Below, piece by piece: positions 19,804-29,867 of a stretch of DNA of 64,000 bases. The position numbers and the translations under genes were made by a program. Origin of the DNA: Candidatus Bathyarchaeota archaeon (GTDB taxonomy: Archaea; Thermoproteota; Bathyarchaeia; Bathyarchaeales; Bathycorpusculaceae); the NCBI GenBank assembly GCA_963702095.1, contig OY969706.1:2080001-2144000 (forward strand), given 5' to 3'. Numbering within the stretch: the stretch's first letter is position 1; every line of letters starts with the position of its first letter. Below the pieces are notes generated by a model, which did no database searches, was not told where the DNA came from, and worked only from the letters and a program-made list of their open reading frames with translations.

Positions 19804-19879
19804 TGGTAGCCCAGAAGAGATTCGAACTCTTGTCAAAGGCTCCAGAGGCCTCTATGCTTGACCACTACACCACTGGGCT
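19804..19879 (-). tRNA. tRNA-Gln (CUG), CCA encoded
   Basis: Cloverleaf agcccag...ctgggct-acca, anticodon arm gaggc-ct-CTG-ga-gcctt, T loop ttcgaat. Confidence 0.97.
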
Positions 19880-20064
19880 GCGCAGACACAGAGAAACACC
19901 GTTGGGTTTTATTAACTTTAACTTGCGTTCCGCGGGCTTTGAGCGTTTTCTCTCCAAAAAAAGATAAAGAACGATCACCCGGGAGGTTCTCAGGAAGACT
20001 ATCTATCCAGCGGAAGAACAAAAGCTAAAAGGACAAACAAGCCAACTATATAGTCGGGAGAAAT

Positions 20065-20238
20065 ATGTGGAGAAATGCAAAATATACTTGCAAGAGTTGT
20101 GGCTTCGCTTTTCCTAAACAATCGGCTGTGATTAGCGGTCACGAGGGCGGAGAACGCGGCAAACACGTGCACTGTGACAGATGCGGAGCTATCGTAGCCG
20201 ATTTTATCAAAACCGAAAAGACAGCAATGGCAGCTTAA
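20065..20238 (+). CDS. 57-aa zinc-ribbon microprotein
   Basis: MWRNAKYTCKSCGFAF...HVHCDRCGAIVADF..., two CxxCG motifs, GGGAG upstream. Below the ORF-track cutoff. Confidence 0.75.
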   Translation: MWRNAKYTCKSCGFAFPKQSAVISGHEGGERGKHVHCDRCGAIVADFIKTEKTAMAA

Positions 20239-20422
20239 AGCAAACAGAATGATCTATTGGGCACAGAATACATAGCCAATTTATATGACCGTTAAGCCTC
20301 AGGCAGGTACCTTCGAATGGGCTGAAAATCAAGAAAACAGTGGACACTCAAGCAAAGGTGTTTAGAACGGCTTTTCCGTATGTAGGAGGATTTTCTATTG
20401 GAAGAAACCCTTAAGGTGGCAG

Positions 20423-21427
20423 TCAAGGTACTAGTATTGCTCTGCCCACGATTTTACCCTGCTTAAGCTTAATCAACACATCCTCCGCTTCACTAAGCCG
20501 ATAGACGTTAAAGTCCACTCGCACCCTGCCCATCGAAGCCAACTTCAAGGTCTCATTCATATCCAGCCTAGTACCGATAACACTTCCGATAATGGAGCGT
20601 TCTTCAGGAAAACTAATTGACACATTACCAAGCACCCCCATCAAAACAGTGCCTCCACGCTTAACAACCCGAAAAGCTTGATCCACGGCTCTCTGTGAGG
20701 GCGCATGAACCATAACTACGTCGGCACGCCCAGTTTTTACAATAAAATCCTCAAGCTCCGAAGCATCCATAGCGTGGTCAGCACCAATGTCCTGCGCCAA
20801 CCTCAATTTTTCCTCAGAAGTATCCACCGCGATGGTTTCGGCACCCGCTAACTTGGCGAACTGCAAAGTCATATGCCCCACGCCGCCAACGCCGATAACC
20901 GCTACTCTTTGACCTATGCATACGTTGGCACGTTTAACTGCATGGTAAGCGGTGACGCCTGGACAGAACAATGAGGCGCTTTCTTCAAAGCCTAAATTGC
21001 CGGGTAATCGATGAACAAAAGCGGCGGGCGCAACCATGTATTCAGCGTAGCCGCCGTCGACGACTTCACCTGTGGTTTGACGTTTGAGGCAGAGGTTTTC
21101 GCGCCCAGAAAGACAGAATTCACATGTTCCATCGGCATTCCAGAGCACTTGCACTCCGACGCGGTCGCCGACTTCAAAACCCTTTGCAGAGGCACCGATC
21201 CGGTCGATGACGCCTGTGACTTCATGTCCGGGGATGATTGGGAGTTTCGCTGGGACGCCGAATTGTTTGAGTTCACCCTCTATCATGTGGAGGTTACTGT
21301 AGCATACTCCACAGGCTTTGACTTTTATTAGGACTTGGTCAGGTTGCGGTTGTGGGATGGGGACAGTTGTGTAGATGAGAGGGTGGTTTTCTATTTTATC
21401 GATTCGGGTAAGGAGTTGGGCTTTCAT
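20423..21427 (-). CDS. Zn-dependent alcohol dehydrogenase (MDR, AdhP-like)
   Basis: ACGVC, PGHEVTG, D.TCEFC...ENLC structural Zn site (Asp replacing the first Cys), GVGGVG. Confidence 0.93.
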   Translation of the reverse strand: MKAQLLTRIDKIENHPLIYTTVPIPQPQPDQVLIKVKACGVCYSNLHMIEGELKQFGVPAKLPIIPGHEVTGVIDRIGASAKGFEVGDRVGVQVLWNADGTCEFCLSGRENLCLKRQTTGEVVDGGYAEYMVAPAAFVHRLPGNLGFEESASLFCPGVTAYHAVKRANVCIGQRVAVIGVGGVGHMTLQFAKLAGAETIAVDTSEEKLRLAQDIGADHAMDASELEDFIVKTGRADVVMVHAPSQRAVDQAFRVVKRGGTVLMGVLGNVSISFPEERSIIGSVIGTRLDMNETLKLASMGRVRVDFNVYRLSEAEDVLIKLKQGKIVGRAILVP

Positions 21428-21604
21428 TTGTGAACAGTCCACTGGCAAATAGTTAATATGTTTTTGAAGTAATTACTCTTAGGTTTATTGGTATGTGACT
21501 GATAAATCCGCAGCTACAAGCCACCTTTCTTATGTTTGGCAGGCGAAGGGAAATCACAATAACCCTTTTATTTCCCAAAAAAGTTGAGATTAAATGGATA
21601 CATT

Positions 21605-22036
21605 ATGCCCACAATTAAAGACATCATGACTAAAAAAGTTATAACGGTAGAAGCAAACAGAACCGTGTTTGAAGCCGCAGAGCTTATGACTGAAAAAGGG
21701 GTAGGCTGCATAATCGTGGTTATCGAAGGGTTTCCAGTGGGGATAATCACAGAGCGCGATATTGTTCGGAGAATCGTGGCTAAACGCAGTTCACTAGACA
21801 TTAAAGTCACGGAGGTTATGACAAAGACACTCATAACAGTCGACCCCGACACATCAGTAAGGGAAGCCGCAAGAATAATGTCAACCAATCGAATTCGACG
21901 GCTGCCCGTTCTAAAAAATAATAAACTGGTCGGGATAGTGGTCGCTTCAGATTTCGTTCGCAACGCCGGCAAAAAAACCACTACAGAAGAAATTTTGGAG
22001 GCACTGGGGCGGTATCCAACTGGACCCGTCTCTTAG
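21605..22036 (+). CDS. CBS-domain pair protein
   Basis: IKDIMT..VITV, GIITERDI, V.EVMT, IRRLPV...LVGIV. Confidence 0.93.
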   Translation: MPTIKDIMTKKVITVEANRTVFEAAELMTEKGVGCIIVVIEGFPVGIITERDIVRRIVAKRSSLDIKVTEVMTKTLITVDPDTSVREAARIMSTNRIRRLPVLKNNKLVGIVVASDFVRNAGKKTTTEEILEALGRYPTGPVS

Positions 22037-22205
22037 AGACCCCTTTTGCTTCTGGCTTAAAGTCGGTTGATTTGTAAATTGTGTTCCTTCATGACCAACT
22101 GGGGATTCAGAGGTTTGTTTTTGGAAGCCAGGTACGGTGGTTCTTGGGGATTGAGTAAGCGTCTGATTCTCTGCCACATCTCAATGAAAAGGCGGCCCTC
22201 ATCTG

Positions 22206-22967
22206 TTGTGTAGTACTTGCGTTCTTTATACTGGTATGTTAGAAGATTGGAAGCTTGTTTTAGTGATTATTGTGCCTTCCGCATATTTGGATGTTGAGAA
22301 TCAACGGTGGGTTTCCGCAATAGAGACCCAGATGCCCATGCTTGTCCGCGGAGTCTCCGAATCCCAGGAAACCGGGTTAACCCTAGTTAAAGCGTTGGAG
22401 AAGGTTGTTGATAACAAGTTAATCAGGCATCCATTATCCGACGAAATCAAACGGTTAACTGTTCAGATGGCTTGGGGCACATCGTTTGAGCAGGCATTAA
22501 CCAACTTTAAAGAGCGAATCAACTCACCCATCGTAAACCGTTTCTGTGCGCTTGTGCTTGAAGCCAGCCAATCAGGAGGAACCATCCGCAAAGTCTTCAA
22601 CGCCACCGCAGGATTCATGGAGGAAATGAAAGACATCGACCGAGAAACAAGCAACCAGATGAAACCCTATATAATCATCATTTACTCAGCATTCATAATC
22701 TTCATAATCACCGCTGTGCTGCTGGTTCAATCCTTCTTTGCCCCCATGCAGGGCGCACCCCAAATCATGGGTTCTACTTCGCTGGGCAGCATCGGCGGAC
22801 TCAAAGATTTCTTTTACAAGGACATGCTGATTTCCGCGATAAGTGGCGGCTTAATGGCTGGGAAGCTTGGTGAACGCCGGGTAATGGCTGGTTTGAAACA
22901 CGCCATAATCCTCTCTGCCATAGGTTATGCAATTTTCTTTTTAACTATTCAACCGACATGGAGCTAA
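22206..22967 (+). CDS. T2SS-F/TadC-like pilus platform protein, apparently N-terminally truncated
   Basis: ETG.TL..ALE, L..EIK.L..QM.WG.SFE.AL, EAS.SGG, MKPY...IY, GLMAGKL. No convincing start and no partner ATPase upstream. Confidence 0.75.
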   Translation: MCSTCVLYTGMLEDWKLVLVIIVPSAYLDVENQRWVSAIETQMPMLVRGVSESQETGLTLVKALEKVVDNKLIRHPLSDEIKRLTVQMAWGTSFEQALTNFKERINSPIVNRFCALVLEASQSGGTIRKVFNATAGFMEEMKDIDRETSNQMKPYIIIIYSAFIIFIITAVLLVQSFFAPMQGAPQIMGSTSLGSIGGLKDFFYKDMLISAISGGLMAGKLGERRVMAGLKHAIILSAIGYAIFFLTIQPTWS

Positions 22968-23461
22968 AAGAAATGAGAAAGTTTGTACGTAACAAAAGAG
23001 CGTTGTCAACGGTGATTTCTACGTTGCTGATGATTATGGTGGCTATGGTCGGCATGACTGTGGCGTTTGCCAGCGTCGTCGTCTACGCGGACACTTATAA
23101 GAACGGAGTAGGAGGCTCAGTGCTGGAGTCACTAACGGTCGAAGACGTTTACGAGAATGCTGAACACAATATTGTCGTCACTGTCTATAATCCATCGACA
23201 AATGACAATCTTGGAACAGACGTCCAAGTGAAAGTAACAGGAATCTACGTTGACGGCGGCCAAGCTCTTGCTAACGTCAGAGGCAGCCAGAGCAGCAACA
23301 TAAACTACAACAAAGTGGACTTCGATGAGCAGACCGTTGCTGCGGGTGAACACATTACCTTTGTGGGCAGAGCTAACTGCGTGCTCTCGTCTGGATCACA
23401 TGCCTTAACGGTCGCGACACAGAGAGGGTCCAACTTTTATAGCCAATTCACGGCATCTTAG
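22958..23461 (+). CDS. Archaeal type IV pilin-like protein
   Basis: Class III signal peptide NKRA|LSTVISTLLMI, ESL..EDV, C-terminal T.RG..F. Confidence 0.88.
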   Translation: MELKEMRKFVRNKRALSTVISTLLMIMVAMVGMTVAFASVVVYADTYKNGVGGSVLESLTVEDVYENAEHNIVVTVYNPSTNDNLGTDVQVKVTGIYVDGGQALANVRGSQSSNINYNKVDFDEQTVAAGEHITFVGRANCVLSSGSHALTVATQRGSNFYSQFTAS

Positions 23462-23473
23462 GAGCGAAATGAT

Positions 23474-23965
23474 TTGCTTAAAAAATTTAGAAGAAACCGA
23501 AATGGCACAGCAGAAGTAATAGGAACTATCATGCTTGTCATGATACTTTTGTTTTTCTTCACCAACGTTTATGTTTGGCATGACACAGCGGTGAAGCAGG
23601 CAAACCAACTGTACGTGAAACAACTGAGCTCTAGCTTTAAGATACAGCAGGACACAACAGGCATAAACATCACCGCCGACGGCGGCTCAGACATTTATCT
23701 TTCAAGACTATGGATAGTTGACGAATCAAACCCTCATAGCCCCCACTTATACGCAGATTTGTCTGGCGCCCATATCAACGCAGGCGCCACATTTTTCATC
23801 AAATTCAATGAGGAATTGGCGCCCCAAGACAACAAGGTCCAAGCAGACCCACCTTACGGCAACGAATTAAAAGTGCACTATAGCATCCAAGAAGGGTTAA
23901 CCTGCAAAGTTGTTAACACGTTGGGGATAGAAAAATCAGTTGTAATTACTGGTCTGCCAGCATAA
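23474..23965 (+). CDS. Archaeal type IV pilin-like protein
   Basis: RRNRNG|TAEVIGTIML class III signal peptide, RLWI, C-terminal VNTLG. Confidence 0.85.
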   Translation: MLKKFRRNRNGTAEVIGTIMLVMILLFFFTNVYVWHDTAVKQANQLYVKQLSSSFKIQQDTTGINITADGGSDIYLSRLWIVDESNPHSPHLYADLSGAHINAGATFFIKFNEELAPQDNKVQADPPYGNELKVHYSIQEGLTCKVVNTLGIEKSVVITGLPA

Positions 23966-23994
23966 ACATTCCTCTTTCTTTGTGTATTTTTCTC

Positions 23995-24235
23995 TCTCTT
24001 TATGTGGGTGTGGGGGTTTGCGGGGCACCACAAGACTGCTTGAGGCGGCGGCGGCTTTTTTGGGTTGCAACGGTTCCCAGCGCCTGTTACGGTGTGGCAA
24101 TGATGTTTTTCTTTCACGCCCTGCATGGCCCTATGTTGAAGCCGTCAGGGTATGTATGTGAAAGCATGTATCGTTTGCTTTTTCCCATTTAAATAGCAAT
24201 GAACAGCACAATCCAGCGGACACTATCAGGGTCAT
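23995..24235 (+). repeat. Intergenic repeat family A, copy 1
   Basis: tctttatgtgggtgtgg...ccacaag..tgcttgaggcggc head plus cacgccct..cagggt tail, shared with 31745, 48594 and 51585. Confidence 0.85.
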
Positions 24236-24361
24236 TCGGAATTACGTCCACCCGCAAAACCCCCAACCAAACGCCCCAATAAGCAGTTTCGGAAAACAAA
24301 AAGCACAATACACACAACCGAAAACAACCCTTATAAACCCCGAAGGGCAATAACTGCAGGT

Positions 24362-24478
24362 TTGCCGGTCATAGGGCACGGGTTCCACCTGATCCCATTC
24401 CGAACTCAGAAGTTAAACCGTGTTCCGTTCCCAGTTGTAGTGTGGTCTTAGGCCACGTGAACCTGGGAAAGCTGGCAA
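24362..24478 (+). rRNA. rrf: 5S rRNA (unlinked)
   Basis: ttgccgg...ctggcaa terminal stem, conserved ccattccgaactcagaagttaa, ~117 nt, TTATAAA box about 30 bp upstream. Confidence 0.95.
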
Positions 24479-24628
24479 CATCTTCTCTTCACTCAAAAAC
24501 CCAAATGGGCCGAACTACAAAGCCAAAACAGCTCTACAAATGCCCAATTAATTAAGCAAGCGCCTTATCCTTTGTTTTGTACAGGAAACCTTAAAACATG
24601 ACAGGGCATTTTTATTCCAATTCAGTTT

Positions 24629-24706
<78 letters not shown>

Positions 24707-24740
24707 CTGAACCTTTTCTAGCAAAGCTTTAATCCCATTT

Positions 24741-24756
24741 GTTATACATGTATAAC
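24741..24756. promoter_or_regulatory. Perfect 16-bp palindrome, likely TA autoregulatory operator
   Basis: gttatacatgtataac immediately before the antitoxin ATG. Confidence 0.7.
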
Positions 24757-24758
24757 TT

Positions 24759-24965
24759 ATGAGTGCCAAAACAAAAGTAAAATGCTGGGGCAACTCCTTA
24801 GGCGTAATCCTTCCCAAAGCCCTCGTAGACCAAGAGGAACTAAAAGAAGGCGAAGAAGTCGAAATAACAGTCCACAAACTATCAGACGTTCGTTCCCTCC
24901 GCGGCAAATACCCTTTCAAAGACCTGCAACATGAAAAAGACCAGATGAAACACGGCTGGGAATAA
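24759..24965 (+). CDS. vapB: AbrB/MazE-type antitoxin
   Basis: KVK.WGNSLGVILPK..V....LKEGEEVEI. Confidence 0.9.
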   Translation: MSAKTKVKCWGNSLGVILPKALVDQEELKEGEEVEITVHKLSDVRSLRGKYPFKDLQHEKDQMKHGWE

Positions 24966-24966
24966 G

Positions 24967-25347
24967 TTGGAAAAAACCCGTTTCTTCTACGACAGCTACG
25001 CGGTTATGGCTTACCTCAGCGACAACTCCAATTACAGAGCATACTTTGAAGAAAACAACGGCTACTTAACCAAATTAAACCTCATGGAAATTTCTTATCG
25101 CACACTCGAACTCCACGGTACCCATGCAGTTTCCGAAGTAGTCAACCTATTTGCAAAATATATCATTGACTTTGGGTTATCTGACATTGTTGGTGCAATG
25201 AAGCTACGGTTGAAGCTTAAGAAAGATGGTCGAAACATATCTTACGCGGATGCCCTTGGATACTACATGGCGTTAAAAAATAGGCTAAAATTTCTAACAG
25301 GTGACCGAGAATTCGAGCGGTTAGAGAATGTTGAATTTATTAAGTAA
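24967..25347 (+). CDS. vapC: PIN-domain toxin
   Basis: FYDSYA, NLMEI, ISYADA, FLTGDREF. Confidence 0.9.
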   Translation: MEKTRFFYDSYAVMAYLSDNSNYRAYFEENNGYLTKLNLMEISYRTLELHGTHAVSEVVNLFAKYIIDFGLSDIVGAMKLRLKLKKDGRNISYADALGYYMALKNRLKFLTGDREFERLENVEFIK

Positions 25348-25355
25348 CCCCATCG

Positions 25356-25410
25356 TCAGCCTTTGTCTTCTAAGCGAGGGGTAAGGGTTCCAAATCCCCT
25401 CCCGCCCGCC
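25356..25410 (+). repeat. Degenerate copy of the tRNA-Arg 3' half (att-like)
   Basis: tcagcctt..cttctaagc.gaggg.taagggttc.aaatccc.tcccgcccgcc matches 24657-24705. Confidence 0.8.
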
Positions 25411-25485
25411 CCACCCAACTTCTTCAGAGGCTGTTTGGGCTTTACAAGTAAATTATATAACCCAATAGATACACCAAGTTTCCTT

Positions 25486-26221
25486 ATGGATTGGCTGTGC
25501 AAGTATCTCTCGATATGCTTAGTTATAATCTTAGCCGTCTCAAGCCTAATTGCAATTGAATTTGCGGAGGCTCAAACGCCATCCACTCCAACATTTAAAG
25601 TTAAACTAATAAGTGGCTACAATGAAGTCCCAACGACTTACTCGACTGACCCGTATACTGGGGAACAATAACCAAAATAGGCTACACAGTAAATACAATG
25701 AATATTTCATTTGTAATTGATAATTCGCCAAATACTTCGTTCTATCTAATACAACTAAAGGGTCACTATACCCCAGAATGGTCAACACTATATGAAGACG
25801 GGTATAACATTACTGCATTTGCCTCTTCAGATCCGCAGACTGCCTTTATCCTACTTTATGGTAGTAACGAAACAAGCCCTGAAGGAAAAATTGGACTTTT
25901 CTTCCCACCTCACTGGGGAATCAATGTACCTCTGGGCAGTCAGTTGGATTTTCGATTGCAGGCAGTTAGTGGAAATATAGTAGTCTCAGACTGGGGTGCA
26001 AACTACAATTGGGCTGTAGGCGAAACAAGTGCTTGGAGTAATACACAGACTATTAAAGTAGTTGAAAGTTCACCTACACCATCTCCTTCAGTTCCAAGTT
26101 TCCCACAACCTTGTCATTGGCTACAATACTATCTGTTGTTACTTTATTGGTACTAATACGGAAAAATGTAATCCCTTTTCGGCAGCCCAATAGTTTTTTA
26201 GCAGAACCAACAAGCCTTTAG
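25486..26221 (+). CDS. Secreted PEF-CTERM-type surface protein with two frameshifts (or pseudogene)
   Basis: Signal peptide, TTYSTDPYTG, ...GETSAWSNTQTI. Restoring 1 nt near 26096 gives a PSVP.FP-TM-basic tail. Confidence 0.65.
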
Positions 26222-26258
26222 TAATGGTTCACTGTTGACACCTATATCTGGTGGATTC

Positions 26259-26532
26259 ATGAAATTCGGCGTTTAGTCGAAAAAATGAGGATGGCTATTA
26301 CGTTGCTTATGTTCCAGATTTGTCTGGCTGCCACACGCAAGCCAAAACGCTTGATGAAGTCATGAAACGGATCAAGGAAGCAATTCAAGCCTGCCTTGCC
26401 GCTGAAGGACTGAAAAGCCATGGGCGCACTGAACTTGTTGGCGTTCAGCACAAAAAACAGAGAAAAAACCTAAGCAAGAAACTCCTCATTGTTTCTTGGA
26501 CACCGCAATTTCTTTCGGGAATAAGATTCTGA
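26259..26532 (+). CDS. HicB-like antitoxin (frameshift near start), no hicA
   Basis: EDGYYVAYVPDLSGCHTQAKTLDEVMKRIKEAI. Confidence 0.75.
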
Positions 26533-26727
26533 TAAAATGATGGTGCCTGTCAGCTTAGCCTCCGAGGCTACTATATGAGCTAATTCACCTGTTTTTCAGC
26601 AATTTTTTCATAACATGTATATTAACTACTCGCTATTCTTAGTGGGTTGCATTGAACGCATTTTAGTTTAAAGCCCTAAATCGGGTTTTAATCGTTTAAT
26701 GACGCTCTTTGCAAGTAGTGAGTCGAA

Positions 26728-27699
26728 GTGAGCATAACCCAAAAAACCGTAGGTAAAGAGGCCCCAAAACCGCAACAGCATTTCGCTGAAAAATGCCCTG
26801 AATGCACAAGCAAAAACCTAGTTCACGATTACGATAGTGGCGAAACGATTTGTGGCGACTGTGGCCTTGTTTTGTTCGAGCAAATGATGGATAAGGGACC
26901 GGAATGGCGTGCGTTTACTCAGGAAGAGAAAGCCTCAAGAAGCCGCGTCGGTATGCCCTCATCATATTCAATTCATGATAAAGGATTATCTACAACCATC
27001 AGTCAAGTCGATAGAGACGCACTCGGCAGAAAACTGCCAATATCCACACGTCTGCAAATGTGGCGTCTACGCAAATGGCAAATCAGAAGCCGCGTGCACT
27101 CGTCTGTAGACCGAAACCTCTCTCAAGCCATGAGTGAACTTGATCGATTAGCAGGTAATGTTGCCATTGCGCCGCATGTCAAAGAAAAAGCCGCTCTTAT
27201 CTACAGAAAAGCACTCGACAAAGGCCTAGTCCGAGGCAGATCAATATCCGCCATCGCTGCAGCTTCATTGTACGCCGCATGCCGTAAAAGTGGATTACCA
27301 CGTACACTACGCGAAATCGCGGAAGCAAGTTTAGTGGATAGAAAAGATGTTGCGCGCTGCTATAGGCTTCTGCTTCATGAACTGGATTTCCACATGCCAA
27401 TCTCAGACCCCTTGACTTACATATCCAAAATTGCAGAAAAGAACCGTGTTTCTGGAAAAACACAGGGTGCAGCCATTGAAATTCTTAGGAATGCACGCCT
27501 AAAACGTGTGTCCGCAGGAAAAGACCCGATGGGTATGGCTTCAGCTGCAATTTACATAGCTTGTCTGCAGAATAACGAGAAAATAACTCAGAAGGACATT
27601 GCGGAAGCCGCTGGAGTCACAGAGGTTACTGTTAGAAACAGGTACAAAGCCTTAAGGAAGCAGTTGGACCTTGAAATTCCCGAAAGAGCTCATTCTTAG
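26728..27699 (+). CDS. tfb: Transcription initiation factor B
   Basis: Zn ribbon CPEC..CGDCG, GPEWRAF, two cyclin repeats, GKDP.G.A, TQ.DIAEAAGVTEVTVRNRYK. Confidence 0.97.
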   Translation: MSITQKTVGKEAPKPQQHFAEKCPECTSKNLVHDYDSGETICGDCGLVLFEQMMDKGPEWRAFTQEEKASRSRVGMPSSYSIHDKGLSTTISQVDRDALGRKLPISTRLQMWRLRKWQIRSRVHSSVDRNLSQAMSELDRLAGNVAIAPHVKEKAALIYRKALDKGLVRGRSISAIAAASLYAACRKSGLPRTLREIAEASLVDRKDVARCYRLLLHELDFHMPISDPLTYISKIAEKNRVSGKTQGAAIEILRNARLKRVSAGKDPMGMASAAIYIACLQNNEKITQKDIAEAAGVTEVTVRNRYKALRKQLDLEIPERAHS

Positions 27700-27745
27700 C
27701 TCTACCTATTTTTTGGTAAGCGCTTAAATTCTGGGTTGAAGTTAG

Positions 27746-27771
27746 GGGTTCAAATCCCTTCCCGCATGCCA
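27746..27771 (+). repeat. Second tRNA-Arg 3'-end fragment (att-like)
   Basis: gggttcaaatcccttcccgc (20 nt) is identical to 24681-24700, then atgcca instead of ccgcca. Confidence 0.75.
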
Positions 27772-27844
27772 TTTCCTCTTTTGCGCTTTTTGTTATACTG
27801 AAAAGACTTTTGTGGGTCGAGGCTTACTATTATTTGTGGTTTTT

Positions 27845-29077
27845 ATGTCTGAGATTAAAAATCCGCTTCCAATTTGCCCAGGCGTCTTTTGGGTAGGCGT
27901 CAACGACACCGACATCACGCAGTTCGAGGGTCTGTGGAGCATCCCCGAAGGCGTCTCATACAATTCTTACCTTGTGAAGGGCACAGAAAAAACCGCGTTA
28001 ATAGACTGTGTGCATGAGCGAAAAGCACAGGAGCACTTCGAAAAAATCAGCCAAGTCACAGATATCTCCAAAATCGATTACCTCGTCATCAACCACATGG
28101 AACCCGACCACACAGGCGCAATCCCCCAGTTCCTCAAGAAAGCCCCCAACGCAAAAGTAATCTACACCCCCATCGCACAGAGCATCTTCCGCAAATTCTA
28201 CCACCTCGACCCCCAAGCCATCCTCACCAAAGGCGACGACATGACCGTCTCCTTAGGCGGCAAAACCCTGCGCTTCATCCAGACGCCGTGGCTGCATTGG
28301 CCCGAAACCATGAGTACCTACCTCCCAGAGGATAGGGTGATGTTTTGCTGTGACGCTTTTGGCGCATTCAAGCAGTTGCCATCAAACGCCATTTTGGAGA
28401 CGCAGATGGACGTGGATAGGCAGAATGTTTGTGGGTGTTCAAAGAAGTATTTTGCTTCCGTTTTTAATGGGCAGAGGGAGTGGGTTTTGAAAGCCATAGA
28501 TAAATTCGCCAAATTGGGCTTAGCCATTGATGTTTTGGCGCCAAGCCACGGCCCAGTCTTCAACAAAACCCCACAGAAAACCCTTTCTGATTGGGCAAAC
28601 TGGGGCAGAGGTGTCTACAAGAAAACCGTTGTCGTCGTCTACGGCTCCATGTACGGCTTAACCGCCAAGTGCCTAGGCGCCATCGAGGAGGGTATTGGGG
28701 AAGCCGGAGGCAAAATGCAGGCCTTCAACATATCCGAGGCCAAACCCGTCGATGCCTTAACCGCGTTGGTTGAGGCGCCGGCGCTGATAATTGGTTCATC
28801 CACTTATGAGCATGAGGTTTTCCCCAAAATCGCTGACTTCGTCAACTTGCTACGGGTGAAAAAGTATTCCGGTCGGTGTGTTGGTGTTTTCGGCAGTTTC
28901 GGATGGAGCGGCGAAGCAACAAGGAAGATTGCTGCAGAGTTGGCGGCGCTGGGGTTTGAAGTGGTGGGGCAACCGCTTCCGGTTTATGGCAGCCCAACCG
29001 AAGAAGACCTCTCCAAAGCTAAACAATTAGCCAAAGAAACCGCACAGCAAGCCTTCTTAAAATACCGCGCCACCTAA
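27845..29077 (+). CDS. fprA: Flavodiiron protein (FprA family)
   Basis: GVSYNSYL, HMEPDH, HWPE, CDAFG, PSHG, flavodoxin domain YGSMYG.T and FGSFGWSG. Confidence 0.95.
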   Translation: MSEIKNPLPICPGVFWVGVNDTDITQFEGLWSIPEGVSYNSYLVKGTEKTALIDCVHERKAQEHFEKISQVTDISKIDYLVINHMEPDHTGAIPQFLKKAPNAKVIYTPIAQSIFRKFYHLDPQAILTKGDDMTVSLGGKTLRFIQTPWLHWPETMSTYLPEDRVMFCCDAFGAFKQLPSNAILETQMDVDRQNVCGCSKKYFASVFNGQREWVLKAIDKFAKLGLAIDVLAPSHGPVFNKTPQKTLSDWANWGRGVYKKTVVVVYGSMYGLTAKCLGAIEEGIGEAGGKMQAFNISEAKPVDALTALVEAPALIIGSSTYEHEVFPKIADFVNLLRVKKYSGRCVGVFGSFGWSGEATRKIAAELAALGFEVVGQPLPVYGSPTEEDLSKAKQLAKETAQQAFLKYRAT

Positions 29078-29097
29078 CCCGCCGTCTGTTTGGCACC

Positions 29098-29820
29098 CTA
29101 TCCCTTTTTTCTTGAGGGCAACCAAACAACCGGTACAACAAGCAAAACCAGAAGCGGCAGCGCAAACAGGGGGAATTCGGGAACGGTGAGTGCCCAAACC
29201 TGCGGGTTAGTGTTGGTGATTGTTTCAGTGAAGATTTCGGTTTCTGAGCCAAAAGTGTCTCTGCTTATGTAGTATGAGGATACCGCTATGCCTTTAGCTT
29301 TGTCAAAGTGCATGTCGGTTTTGTCATAGTGTTTACCCGATGCTGTTTCAACTAGGCGTTCGTTGGTGTCTCGGTCTCCGTTTTGGTAGGTGCGCACGGC
29401 AGAGTTGGTTATGGTTGCGTCGCCGCCTAAGGGGTAGATTTTGTCGTTAACGTTGAGGTTGCCGGCTATGATTAAGTTGCCGTGTAGCATGTTTATGTCG
29501 CTTGACTGGACATCGACATAGCCTACTTCGGTGCTGGTTGACCCGTCAGTGTAGGTGGTGGTGACTTCGCCGTTGACTCTTGAACCGTCAACATCGGTTA
29601 TTTCGATTTGGAAACTCTGTACCTTGGCAATATCCGCTATGACATCGGGCATTGACACGTTGGGGTCGGTTGAGTTCCATGTAACATAATAGTTGTAGGT
29701 GAAAACGTCGCCTTTCGCTACGCCGGGTGTGCGCTCTTGGGCTGAGGCGACTCCTACTGTGGATGAGGCAAACATGATTGATATGATAATTAGGGTGATT
29801 AGGCTTTTTTTGTTAGTCAT
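29098..29820 (-). CDS. Secreted PEF-CTERM surface protein
   Basis: Signal peptide, PGV..GD.F.Y, C-terminal VPEFP-TM-RKK sorting signal. Confidence 0.85.
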   Translation of the reverse strand: MTNKKSLITLIIISIMFASSTVGVASAQERTPGVAKGDVFTYNYYVTWNSTDPNVSMPDVIADIAKVQSFQIEITDVDGSRVNGEVTTTYTDGSTSTEVGYVDVQSSDINMLHGNLIIAGNLNVNDKIYPLGGDATITNSAVRTYQNGDRDTNERLVETASGKHYDKTDMHFDKAKGIAVSSYYISRDTFGSETEIFTETITNTNPQVWALTVPEFPLFALPLLVLLVVPVVWLPSRKKG

Positions 29821-29867
29821 AAATTACACCTTTGCTGTTGGGGTTCCTAAAAAAGGGGAAAAAGAGA

